Source: Asterionella formosa (lineage: Eukaryota). From it: DNA of 37,886 bases. Position 1 is the first letter of the stretch. Each line of letters opens with the position of its first letter. The DNA is taken from NCBI GenBank assembly GCA_002256025.1, contig NKIB01015162.1, positions 1 to 37,886 of the forward strand. The letters are read 5' to 3'. This document shows, one piece after another, positions 1 through 11,269 of the stretch. Below the pieces are notes generated by a model. It was not told the origin of the DNA. It ran no database searches and saw only the letters and a program-made list of their open reading frames with translations. A program made the position numbers and the translations under genes.

Positions 1-3000
1 TGTGCTAATTGCATGAATGATATAGCTATTGATAGTAACTTATTGTATACTATCTTCCAGTGACTTGCATAGTGATAGTAACTTATTGTACAATATCTTC
101 CAGTAAATTGAATCATTCCACATCATACATTGGATGCATATTGATAGTGATACAGAAGAGTCAGTAGCAAAGATTAGGTGGGTGTGCGGCATTGATATAG
201 AATTGTATACCAACACACCTAATCATGAAGATGGTACTTTTTGCATGAATGATAAATTAATAGTACCGTACTCTATAGTTTGTGCCAGTGAACGGAGACG
301 TTCAACATAATGCATTGCTTGAATATTGATGGAGTTATAGAGGAATCAGTAAAGGGAAACCATCATAACCAAATGGTGTGGTTTTGTTATGAAATGATAT
401 CATATTGATATCATCTGGAGAAAGATCCTTGCTGGTTGTATGAATGATATAATGATAGTATCTTATTCTATACTTTGTGCCAGTAAAAAAGTACGGTTCA
501 TCATGATTTGTTGGTTGAATGTTGATGGAGTTATAGGTGAATACGTATTGGTAAACCATCATTACGAAATGGTGTGGTTTGTTATGAAATGACATAGTGT
601 CCTCATCTCGAGAATGTTCCTTGTTGTATTCATTACATATTGATAGTACCTTATTCTATACTCAGTGCCGATGAATTGAGCTGTTCAACATGGTGTGTTG
701 ATTGAATCTTGATGAAGTTATAGGGGAAACAGTAATGGTAAACCATCATTACCAAATTGTGTGGTTTTGTTATGAAATACCATAGTGACATCATCAAGAG
801 GATGTTCCTTGTTGTATGAATGACATATTAATAGTGACTTATTCTATACTACATTCCGATGAATTGAGCCGTTCAACATGGTTTGTTGATTGACTATTGA
901 TGAAGTTATAGGGGAATCAGTATTGGGAAACCATCATTGCCAAATGGTGTGGTTTTGTTATGAAATGACATAGTGACCTCATCTGGAGGACGTTCAATGT
1001 TGTATTAATTATATATTGATAGTAACGTATTCTTTATTATGCGCCAGTAAGGAGTTGAGACGTTAAACAAGGTGGGTTGATTGAATATTGATGAAGTTAT
1101 AGGGGCGTCAGAATTGGGAAACCAGCCATCATTACCAAATGGTGTGGTTATGTTATATAATGATTTAGTGACCTCATGTGGAGAACGTTCCTTGTTGTAT
1201 TAATTATATATTGATAGTGCCTTATTTTATACAATTGGACAGTGAATAAGGACGTTTAACAAGGTCGGTTGATTGAATATTGATGAATTTATAGGGGAAT
1301 CAGCCAGTATTGGGAAACCATCATTACCAAATGGTGTGGTTTTGTTATGAAATGACATAGTGACCTCATCTCGAGGATGTTCCTTGTTGTATGAATGACA
1401 TATTGAAAGTACCTTATTCTATACTTTATGCCAGTAAATTGAGTCATTTAACAAGGTGGTTGATTGAATATTGATGAAGTTATAGGGGAGTCAGAATTGG
1501 TAAATCATTATTACCAAATGGTATGGTCTTATCATAAAATTATATAGTGATATGATCTGGAGGATGTTCCTTGTTGTATTCATTATATATTGATAGTCCC
1601 TTATTCTATACTATGGGCCAGTGAATTGAGACGTCTAACATGGTGTGTTTTTTGAATATTGATGAAGTTATAGGGGAATCAGTATTGGTAAACCATGATT
1701 ACCAAATGGTCTGGTGTTGTTATGAAATGACATAGTGACCTCATCTCGAGGATGTTCCTTGTTGTATTAATTACATATTGATAGTACCTTATTCTATATT
1801 ATGGGCCAGTGAATTGAGACGTTTAACAAGGTAGGTTGATTGAATATTGATAAAGTTATAGGGGAATCAGTATTGGGAAACCATCATTGCCAAATGGTCT
1901 GGTGTTGTTATGAAATGACATAGTGACCTCATCTCGAGGATGTTCCTTCTTGTTGTATGAATGACATATTGATAGTATCTTATTCTATATTATGTGGCAT
2001 TGAATTGAGACGTCTAACATGGTTTGTTGATTGAATATTGATGAAGTTATAGGGGAGTCAGTATTGGCAAACCATCATTGCCAAATGGTCTGGTGTTGTT
2101 ATGAAATGACATAGTGACCTTATCTCGAGGATGTTCCTTGTTGTATTCATTATATATTGATAGTACCTTATTCTATACTATGGGCCAGTGAATTGAGACG
2201 TTTAACAAGGTAGGTTGATTCAATATTGATGAAGCTATAGGGGAATCAGTATTGGGAAACCATCATTGCCAAATGGTCTGGTGTTGTTATGAAATGACAT
2301 AGTGACCTCATCTCGAGGATGTTCTCTTGTTGTATGAATGACATATTGATAGTATCTTATTCTATATTATGAGGCAATGAATTGAGACGTCTAACATGGT
2401 GTTTTGATTGAATATTGATGAAGTTATAGGGGAATCAGTATTGGGAAACCATCATTACCAAATTGTGTGGTTTTGTTATGAAATGACATAGTGTCCTCAT
2501 CTGGAGGATGTTTCTTGTTGTATAAATGACATATTGATATTCCCTAATTCTATACTATGAGCTAATGAAATTTGAAGTTCAACATGGTGTGTTGATTCAA
2601 TATTGATGAAGTTATAAGGGAATCAGTATTGGGAAACCATCATTACTAAATTGTGTTGTTTTGCTATCAGATCATATAGTGACATCATCTGGACGACGTT
2701 CCTCGTGGTATGAATGACATATTGATAGTACCTCATTCCATACTATGGTGAGACAATGAATTGAGATGTTCAACATGGTGTGTGGATTGAATATTGATCA
2801 AGTTAAAGGGGAATCAATATTGGTAAACCATGATTACCAAATTGTGTGGTTTTGTTATGAAATGACATAGTGACCTCATCTGGAGGACGTTCCTTGTTGT
2901 ATTAATTATAAATTGAAAGTAACTTATTCTATACTATGGGCCAGTGAATTGAGACCTTTAACAAGGTGGGTTGATTGAATATCGATGAAGTGAAAGGGGA

Positions 3001-3249
3001 ATCAATATTGGTAAACCATGATTACCAAATTGAGTGGTGGTGTTGTTATGAAATGACATAGTGACCTCATCTGGAGGACGTTCCTTGTTGTATTAATTAT
3101 ATATTGATAGTACCTTTTTCTATACTAAGTGGCGAAGAATTGAGCAGTTCAACATGGTGTGTTGATTTAATTTTGATGAAGTTATAGGGGAATCAGTATT
3201 GGGAAATCATTATTACCAAATTGTGTGGTCTTGTTATGAAATGACATAA
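1..3249. repeat. Satellite-like tandem array, ~188-bp unit, ~16 recognisable copies plus degenerate copies at the left edge
   Basis: The anchor 'gatgaagttataggggaatcagtattgg' (and variants) recurs at 328, 524, 711, 899, 1090, 1282, 1473, 1661, 1849, 2040, 2228, 2417, 2605, 2796, 2984 and 3175. Spacing is 187-196 bp with mode 188. No frame stays open across units. Confidence 0.97.
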
Positions 3250-3790
3250 GTCGCCGGAAATGATGGTAAATCTGCAGCAGGAGAATGAGGCTGGGATGGG
3301 TACTGGAGCAATGATGGGAATGCAGCAAAAATGATGAATGGTAAGCTATGATGAGAGAGTCGCCCAAAATGATGGTAAAGCAGCAGGAATGAGGCTGGGA
3401 TGACTATTGGAGCAATGATGGGAATGCAATAGGTAGGATGGCGGTGAAGTGATGATGAGAGAGTCGCCGGAAATAATGGGAAAGCAGCAAGAATGAAGCT
3501 GGGATGATGGCTGGGTATTGGAGCAATTATGGGAATGGAACAGGAAGGATGGTGGTGAAGTGATGATGAGAGAGTCGCCGGAAATGATGGGAAAGCAGCA
3601 AAAATGAAGCTGGGATGATGGCTGGGTATTGGAGCAATTATGGAAATGGAACAGGAAGGATGAAGGTCAAGTGATGATGATGATGAGTGAGTTGCCGGAA
3701 ATGATGAGAAAGCAGCAGGGATGATTATTGAGTGGTTTGAGCAATGATCAGTAAAAAGCAATAAGGCTCCTTGAGTGTTGACTTGAGAGA
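3250..3790. repeat. Purine-rich tandem repeat, ~104-117-bp unit, ~5 copies
   Basis: 'gtcgccggaaatgatgggaaagcagca...gctgggatg...tattggagcaat' variants start at 3250, 3359, 3463, 3574 and 3691, decaying towards ~3860. Confidence 0.92.
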
Positions 3791-4019
3791 CAGGGGCAGT
3801 GATGATGGGAAAGCAATGGAAATGTAACTGGCAGTGGAATGATGGATGATGTGTTGAAGATAGTGAAAAAGGACTGGTAATATTGAAGTATTGCTTGTGT
3901 AATTTGGAGAAAATGAGTGAGCAAAATCAGCGAGCCTTGATATTACACTGTTATGTACTCCTATGCTGTATTAGGTATACCGGTATGTACATGTACCCCG
4001 ATCCAACAACAATACACCG

Positions 4020-4260
4020 GTACCTGTGTTTACAATTTTTTGTACCGGCTACATATACTGGTAAATACCAGAGTGCGCTATACCTGAATGTGACAGGTGC
4101 GGGGTACCTGGTACCTGGTACTGTAGTAGACGCTACAGTATTCCTCCTCCTACCTGGTACCAGTACCGCTACTAAAACGAAACAGATGCATGCTGCATGA
4201 CAGCGGGTTGATGGTGAGACAGAAACATGTTGCTGGTACTCCAGGTACCTGGTACCTATG
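4020..4260. repeat. Cluster of GGTACC/(CCTGGTA)n short repeats
   Basis: ggtacctggtacctggtac at 4103, tacctggtaccagtacc at 4151 and ccaggtacctggtacct at 4241. Confidence 0.75.
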
Positions 4261-5784
4261 CATGTATCGTGTTACGTCACGATGTAAACCTACAGCGCCA
4301 TTACACATGTAAAAATACTACCTACATGTTGAGATATTATGATTGGCTGAACCCCCAATGTGGAGCGACTTATGATGCGGAGGGTCCATGTGGAGTTATT
4401 ATGTCCGTGGAGATATTAAGAGGTTTACGGTATTCATTTCCGATGGATACTCCACTAACAATATTTGGTTTGGAGTCTATAAGAACTATAATGATTTGTT
4501 TTGGTGATGGTGGTTCAAGTCATATTTAATTACGTTTGTTGCATGACTGCCTCTTGACAATTGCCACTTGTTGTTTGACAATCCTCATACATATGATATG
4601 TATGTCAGCCATGTAATACTTGCTGGCTGCTATGTTGTATCAACTTTATGACAGTTTTGTTGCTGATAGACAACATTATGACAATGATGAGAGACTATTT
4701 TAAACAGATAACTATTGAATTGTTAAGGTATGAGTAGATCTCAACTAGAAACCTGCATATCATGATACTGGTGCATGCAGCAGCAATGCCTCCTGCATGA
4801 CCGCCTTCTCCTGTGTACCGCTTTAAATGTGGTTGCTTGTCCCAATCCAAGTAGGAAAAAGGAAGCCACTCCTAGCACCTCATGGTTGTCATCAGATTCA
4901 TTGTGGCACAGGAGTACGATGATGCAAGTGGGAGCGACCTTCGATGATCGAATGCAAGTGTTTGCTATTGAATAGAAATGCTCAGGTTGTCAGAGGTTTG
5001 TCCCGGGAGTTGATGATGGTTTGATGTGGGTTGTTGATACATTACACCCAGTATAGTACCCCGGTTTTTAGTATTTATACTTTATTCTACATTGTAAACT
5101 ACCATCCCACAATATCCTTTGATAAGGCAGGTGTGTTGATGACAGTTGATTTGAATGGTGACATCATACAACGAGTATAATCTCTAGCTGAAGCAAAGGC
5201 AGATAAAAATTCATTTTTATAGCGCCTAGAAACCACTTTATTTGTGATAGTAGGGCATCCCATATTACGCTTCCTGGCATGATAGGCCTGTTTTGATAGC
5301 CCATTTCATGACTTTTCTGGGAAAAATCCTTCAAAGGATAACTGTAAGTTTTCTCCAAATTATCAAGAAGGTCCTTCCTCAAATACAAAAATGGTATGTT
5401 TTCTATGTAATCCACCCTAAAATTAAGCTGCTCTGCACTGGAGTCACAGCAAATCACTGCATGTGGTTTCTCCCAGAGGGAGTACCATCAGTCATTCAAG
5501 TTGAGGGTTCAGATAATTACTGGAACACCATGGTACCAAGGTACCTGATATCCTGAAACACTTAGTGTGTTCTAATCTTCATCATTGGAAATGATAACCA
5601 AAAAGAGGGAATCGTCAACAATAGTCTGCCCTATCCTTCAACTATATACAATTTTGCTGCAATCATCACACTTGAGTATGCTCCAGTGACAGGGATTGCA
5701 AAACAAATGAAAAAGATTTGAATTCAAAGAGATGTTGATCCGAAAGTGTATTAGCAAGCTGCTAGCTTTTCCATGCGATTCAAG

Positions 5785-6555
5785 CTAGGCGATTCCTCGT
5801 CTTTTTGTTCGTTTGCTGGTCTGCTCCTCATCAGATGTTGCGTCATTAATAGCCAACTCATCTAGCATTTCCTCCTCACCTTCTTTCTCGCAAGCATCCA
5901 ACATTGATTCTTCCAGTAACCGAAGTTTTGCCCGATGCCCAAGAGGGCAGTCTGGAGTTTTGAAAAAGTCAAGACTTGTCAAGAGTTCCATCACGGATAA
6001 TGTATCTTCTCCGTGAGAGAAAATACATCGACGGACAGCTTCCAATCCGTCGTCATTCACAAATACTTTCTCTTCCAATTGATGCTGCACATCATGAACA
6101 ATAATTGTGGCTTCACATAAGGTAAGACTCTTCTGACCCAAAAGCAGTTTAATGTAGCCGTCCTGTTGCAACCTCGCGACCACGGCGGATCGAATCTTAC
6201 CTGCTTTACGGACCTTTTCCTTGTCACTCGATAAGAGTTCACTCCTAGTCCGAAATCTCGCAGTAGCTCGCAATGAAACTTCAAGATGTCCAATCCCTTC
6301 AGCGTAGTACCAATTGCAACACGCATGTATAGTCAAGACCATGTAGTTACCATGAATAGCGAGACTTCCTTGTATCGAAGCTGATTTGTTCACTTGCTCG
6401 GTCCATTCCACCGCCCAAGATTCAATCTGTTGCTTGACAAGTGCGTCAGGTTTGGATTCTTCCAAGTAACGACGTATGGATTCTTGAAATAAGCAGGAGT
6501 GCAGCGGAACGGTTACAGAACTAATGGGGGATACCTGCGATTGAGAATCTGTCAT
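5785..6555 (-). CDS. Hypothetical protein, 256 aa, with acidic C-terminus and basic NLS-like tail
   Basis: Uninterrupted ATG-initiated ORF with globular-protein composition and GC/CpG content like the neighbouring genes, unlike its AT-rich flanks. It ends ...DEEQTSKRTKRRGIA. No family recognised. Confidence 0.75.
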   Translation of the reverse strand: MTDSQSQVSPISSVTVPLHSCLFQESIRRYLEESKPDALVKQQIESWAVEWTEQVNKSASIQGSLAIHGNYMVLTIHACCNWYYAEGIGHLEVSLRATARFRTRSELLSSDKEKVRKAGKIRSAVVARLQQDGYIKLLLGQKSLTLCEATIIVHDVQHQLEEKVFVNDDGLEAVRRCIFSHGEDTLSVMELLTSLDFFKTPDCPLGHRAKLRLLEESMLDACEKEGEEEMLDELAINDATSDEEQTSKRTKRRGIA

Positions 6556-7399
6556 GGTGACGATTTGTACAGGGAATCCTAAATGTTACATTGAGGACGT
6601 TGGCTGATTGCAAAAAGAGAAAGTATCGTATATTTGGCTGTGCATTGTTTCCATTGGGCACAGCCAGATAGGAGGCAATGTTGAGATGCAGCATATCATG
6701 CAACCTTCGCAGTATTTATGCATACCGATATACCGGTACACTTTTACAAATAAAATAACGGTAGTATGATTCCTATTTGGGAATTAATTAGTTTTCAACG
6801 CAATTTGAAGCTGTCGTGGTGATAATCGGGCTGGCTGTGAATGAGGATATAAGATAGTAGGATTATCGTCACAGCATGCACACATACATACATGCATGGG
6901 AGTCATAGCTAGCATAGTATATAGTCATACATATAGCTATATATATTTACTGGAAAATATACATACAGCACAGCAGCCACAACAACATCACAACATCCTT
7001 CATTTGCTCACCAATTGTCACTAACCATGGTGCCAGCTCCCTACCAACAAAGAAAGCTCTTGTTTGTCCCACTGCATTGCAGAAGGAGCTGCAACAAACT
7101 GTTGCTATTGCTGTGATGGTCAAGATTTCTGTAGGACCTACAAGAATGACAATAAAGAATCTTCAATAGAAAATATACATACTTTATCATGGCGATCCCG
7201 CTTTTCAAGGTAGCATTGGATATTTGGAGTCTCACTCTGCTGAGGGGAAGGGGCCAGTTTGAAGATCTTTGGAGTAGATAGGAGGTGCTGAATACCAACC
7301 TCCCATGAAATGCAGGTAGAGTTTCTGCTTCTGATTTAGTGTAAAAAACTACTATTCACTGATTATCAAAACAAATATGTTGTTGGCTCTCAATTCACT

Positions 7400-7900
7400 A
7401 CAAGATCTCTTGCTGGCACTGGAATGAAAAATTCTCTGCTTTAATTACTGGTTGAACTCTCTTGAAGATGGCTTGGCTTGCTCTGATGAATTGGAAGAAG
7501 GCAGTAGCCTTTGGTTCCCAATTTTGACTTCCTGATGAAACTTTGACTTCTGGTAAACATGTTGAAGGCTATGACAATCATGTCTTAAAAAAGATACTTC
7601 AATACCAAAAGGGTAGAAATAGCTATGAAGATCCTTGCGACCCAGCTAATCATGTTGATGCTGATGAGGATGGAAAAAGCTATGATGATGCATCCTTGCG
7701 AACCAGCTAATGTTGATGAGGATGAGGACAAAGACAAGGACGAGGAAATTATAAGTGCTGTGGCATTAACTGATGATGTTGAGATGCCTGTGGATTATTT
7801 ATTCCATGATGATGACTGGGTTGGATTTCAAATATTTGGACCATTGCAAGAGATGAATTTCAAAACAATTCTTTTGCTAACAAACATAAGGTATTTGTGA
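7400..7900 (+). pseudogene. Possible degenerate coding remnant (gene or TE relic) with a ~57-bp internal duplication
   Basis: Protein-like fragments (DEDEDKDKDEE...MPVDYLFHDDDWVGFQIFGPL) broken by stops and frameshifts. 'gctatga..atccttgcga.ccagctaat..gttgatg' is duplicated at ~7622 and ~7679. Confidence 0.3.
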
Positions 7901-9646
7901 CATCTACAACGCCGATTATTGCACAGCTGCCAGAAAAAACGCTTTTCAAATATGCTCACCCAAATTAAATATTTGGGTGGCTCAATGTTGTGAATTCGGC
8001 TACATATATAGCTAATTTGAGGGAAGGACATGACATAAAAAATATTTTGCATCACAAAATATACTAAAATAGTTTCGTCAGCTTCCATGATTTATTTTAG
8101 AAACCCGCATACTAAGTTTTGGGGCAGACTAACAATATTTTGTGCATCAATCATCATCATCAACAACAATTATTATTCGCAAAGATCATATATCATTTCT
8201 TCAAATGAACAAAGTAAACTGAATATTCTATTGATGTCATGATATTGCTGTAATTGCTACCAGAAAAATATTTTGATTATATGGCTATCATAGCTAGTAC
8301 TATTGTTAGTTTATAAAATTGTGGAACAGGATTATGCTGACGAAATGGAAACAAGTGCGAAGATTGCGGAACAGGCGGAGCATGTTGATATGGAATCACA
8401 CCTCTTCTTTCTTGCTTGTGATAGCCTCCTTCTGGTCGTCTTTCTAGTATCAACCATTATTCTGCCACTTTCACTTGAATCACAGCAGTAGCTGCTGTTT
8501 CACTAGCGTCTGGTGGTCATGGCTGGTTGTTGACTGATTGTAGCATGACAAGCAATGATTCCTGCAAATAGTAGGGAGATGAATCGGTGTGAGTTGCTTA
8601 ATTGAAAACAATGATTGCAAAGCGCTCAGACCAATCGTTGTTGTTCTTACCTTATTTTGAATCTGAGATGTCAAAAGACATTTTTATTTCTCAAGCATGA
8701 TGAGCTACATAAATATTGTGAGTGTTTGCAATGAGCAAATAGCAAGACAATAGGCAGAATGAGACAACTAACAACATATAACACAATAAGCCAATAACAA
8801 AGCCTTGATAACGTCATTCATTTTCATTGAATCTTCAATTTTCTTTCATGGAAGGCTGTAATTTAGAGAGGAGTAAGAGGTGTGAGAAGAAGAAGCTAAA
8901 CCATGTAGACTCCACCATCATCAATGCGGTTTTCCGTATTTCAGCATATTTCACAATTGATGTGGCGCACCAAGAAGAACGATGATGAATGAGTCTATAA
9001 TTAGTTTAAAATGGGCGTGGACATTTATGCTCATTTCATAATACAATTTACCACACTCCTGTGAAATGAACCACAAAAATACTGGCGAGGTCTGCAGTGT
9101 TGTAGGTGTCTGCCAATTCAACTACCATTGCTTAGCAAGAGATAACCCACCTCAGTCCTGATACTCAGGATAATGCATAGTATCATCAATATGACCAAAT
9201 ATGCACTTAGTTTCCAGTAGATCAGTATGTACGGATATCTTCGTATATCATAACCTCAATATAAAATGACCAACATGACTGCCTGTCAAATATTCAACCA
9301 CCACCCGTTGCTGGTATGTATTTCATAACTGCACCTTAGGGCAGGACTAATGCATGCCATGTTTTCTGCCATAATCTCAGAAATTGAATGCTTTTAGATG
9401 TCATTTCTTCTCAATATTAATGATACTTAGCACCAGGATTAATATAGAGTATTGAACACTGCACCTGGTAGTGTACATACCCGAGTTACATACTACATTC
9501 ACCTATAGGCAAAGCTTAACCCTTTAAATATACAACACCAAAGAGAGGCAGCACTTGAAATTATATTGTGCAGTATTTCAGTACAATTGATAACATAAAA
9601 AATTTGCTTTCTTTAGGAATGGCAGTCAAGAATCAAACCCTAATAT

Positions 9647-11269
9647 TTATTGAGGTCGCCACCTCTTCTCGTTTGGGGTCAATCCAATCTTGCCGAATCC
9701 CAAAAAGTCATCGTGATGGAGTAATCCATCTTTTGATGCGTCCATTGCGCCAAATAACAAGTCCACTTCGGCGTCAGAGACCGTACCAGAAAGGCGAGCT
9801 CGTTTGAGCTCCTTTCGAAAATGATCCTTTGACAAGGGTTCCCCTTTGTCAAGCGCTGTCTTGACGGTAAAATCCAAAGCGCACATGTCGCTTAGGGCGC
9901 TATTGAGCGTTTCAATCTCAAATATTCGTTGGGCCGCACGTTTCTGCATGGTTTTGCCACTGACATAATTCATGCAACCTCCAAAGACAGCAATACCAAC
10001 CCCAACCGTTGACGCAACGACGACTTGGAACATATAAGGGTGATGTTCGAACCCGTTAATTAGGTTCATTCCGTAGAACCCTGCCACAGTGGTGCCAATT
10101 CCAAACGTAAGTCCAGTAATTCCAAGGTATAGGTTCATTCGGATCAATCTGTTACGATAGCCTGATAAAGCTAAAGCGACAAATTCTTGTTTGCTCTGCA
10201 GACGTTGAAGGAGGAATTGGATCTCAAAGAGTGTATTATTGAGCTGTCTTGCATACTCTTCCAGAATGAGTTCAACATCAGCGTGCCGACTGCGGGGCAC
10301 TTCCCTTCCTGCGGATTGCGCCTCGTGCTGCTGCGTTATCAGGAGCCCAAGCATGTCGTCGTCATTTCCTAGAAGTTCCATGAGACAGTCCCTAGACTGT
10401 CGTACTTGCATTTCAAAACTTTGGAGAGAATCCTTGAGAGGAGGTAAAAGATGCACGCCCGAATCCGAGAAAATTTCGCTAGAAACCTTGTTCAAGAGAG
10501 AGTCAACAATCGGTTCGTACAATCTAATCCTTCGGTTGAACCCATCACAGGCATCTTGGAGAATTTCTTCCAAGATGATAAGTTCAAAAGGTTCATCTGC
10601 ATACTGAAATATCGTTGGTTTAGCATTGTCACAAGAAATTTGTTTGCTGGACTTCTTTTCTAGTGTTCTTGCCAAATCCCGAGCAAACTGCTTGGTGTTC
10701 ACGTTGTGGGCATCAAAGATTAAAACTGAATTAATAGCGATCATGGCCCGGAGGTTTCCAAAGGAAACCAGCACTTCTTCCCCACGTGGTAGAATTACCG
10801 AAACTGGTCGTCTCGGTGCACCGTGATGGTGCCGATATCGTTCCTGCTTGCTTGTTAAGGACAGGGAGAATAAATCCCGAGCATATACATTCGACGATTT
10901 ACTAAGAATTTCAGATAGCAGCAAGGAATTCATAACGATGCTTCCATCCATTCCTACTTTTGCAACTTTGTAGGAAGGTGGATTGTGCGTGGCTTGGCCT
11001 GGTATCTTTGCCGTGGGGACACTCGATGGCGACAATATACTTGAGGTTGCAGCATTTGTATTGCCTTCTGCGGAGGAGAAACATCGCAATGATATTCTAG
11101 CTATTTCCCTTTGTTGATATCCATTTATTATTGTCGGTCTATTGGGCCATTGATAAGCGGATCTCGTAATGCATGAGTTGGGCTCGGGAATTATCCGTCT
11201 ACAGGCGACAGGAAGGCGACGAATCATGTTCATGTTGCCCGGCATGAGCGTCATTGCTCCCTTCTTCAT
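9647..11269 (-). CDS. MRS2: MRS2/CorA-family magnesium channel, probably mitochondrial, with C-terminal EF-hand
   Basis: ARDL motif, 'EPFELIILEEIL', 'LLGNDDDMLGL', 'VELILEEYARQ' and 'RNRLIRMNL', then two hydrophobic helices joined by the GMN signature (AGFYGMNL). The N-terminus is Arg-rich and acid-poor, ending 'LRCFSS' like a mitochondrial presequence. The exact start Met is uncertain. Confidence 0.93.
   Translation of the reverse strand: MKKGAMTLMPGNMNMIRRLPVACRRIIPEPNSCITRSAYQWPNRPTIINGYQQREIARISLRCFSSAEGNTNAATSSILSPSSVPTAKIPGQATHNPPSYKVAKVGMDGSIVMNSLLLSEILSKSSNVYARDLFSLSLTSKQERYRHHHGAPRRPVSVILPRGEEVLVSFGNLRAMIAINSVLIFDAHNVNTKQFARDLARTLEKKSSKQISCDNAKPTIFQYADEPFELIILEEILQDACDGFNRRIRLYEPIVDSLLNKVSSEIFSDSGVHLLPPLKDSLQSFEMQVRQSRDCLMELLGNDDDMLGLLITQQHEAQSAGREVPRSRHADVELILEEYARQLNNTLFEIQFLLQRLQSKQEFVALALSGYRNRLIRMNLYLGITGLTFGIGTTVAGFYGMNLINGFEHHPYMFQVVVASTVGVGIAVFGGCMNYVSGKTMQKRAAQRIFEIETLNSALSDMCALDFTVKTALDKGEPLSKDHFRKELKRARLSGTVSDAEVDLLFGAMDASKDGLLHHDDFLGFGKIGLTPNEKRWRPQ

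Noticed and set aside
328..3249. CRISPR array or protein-coding repeat interpretation of the 188-bp array (ORFs 335-595, 3182-3367)
   Set aside because: Whole units repeat with no unique spacers, the modal unit length is not a multiple of 3, stops occur in all frames, and the context is eukaryotic.
3234..3761. 175-aa minus-strand ORF with repeated AAFPSFPATLSSSLHHHP
   Set aside because: A by-product of the purine-rich repeat, whose complement is poor in stops. It has a non-ATG start and variable unit lengths.
3883..4529. ORFs containing VPGT/YLVPG peptides (also 20684-20875, 21462-21673, 33994-34334)
   Set aside because: These are translations of the GGTACC/TACCAGG DNA motif, not a protein family.
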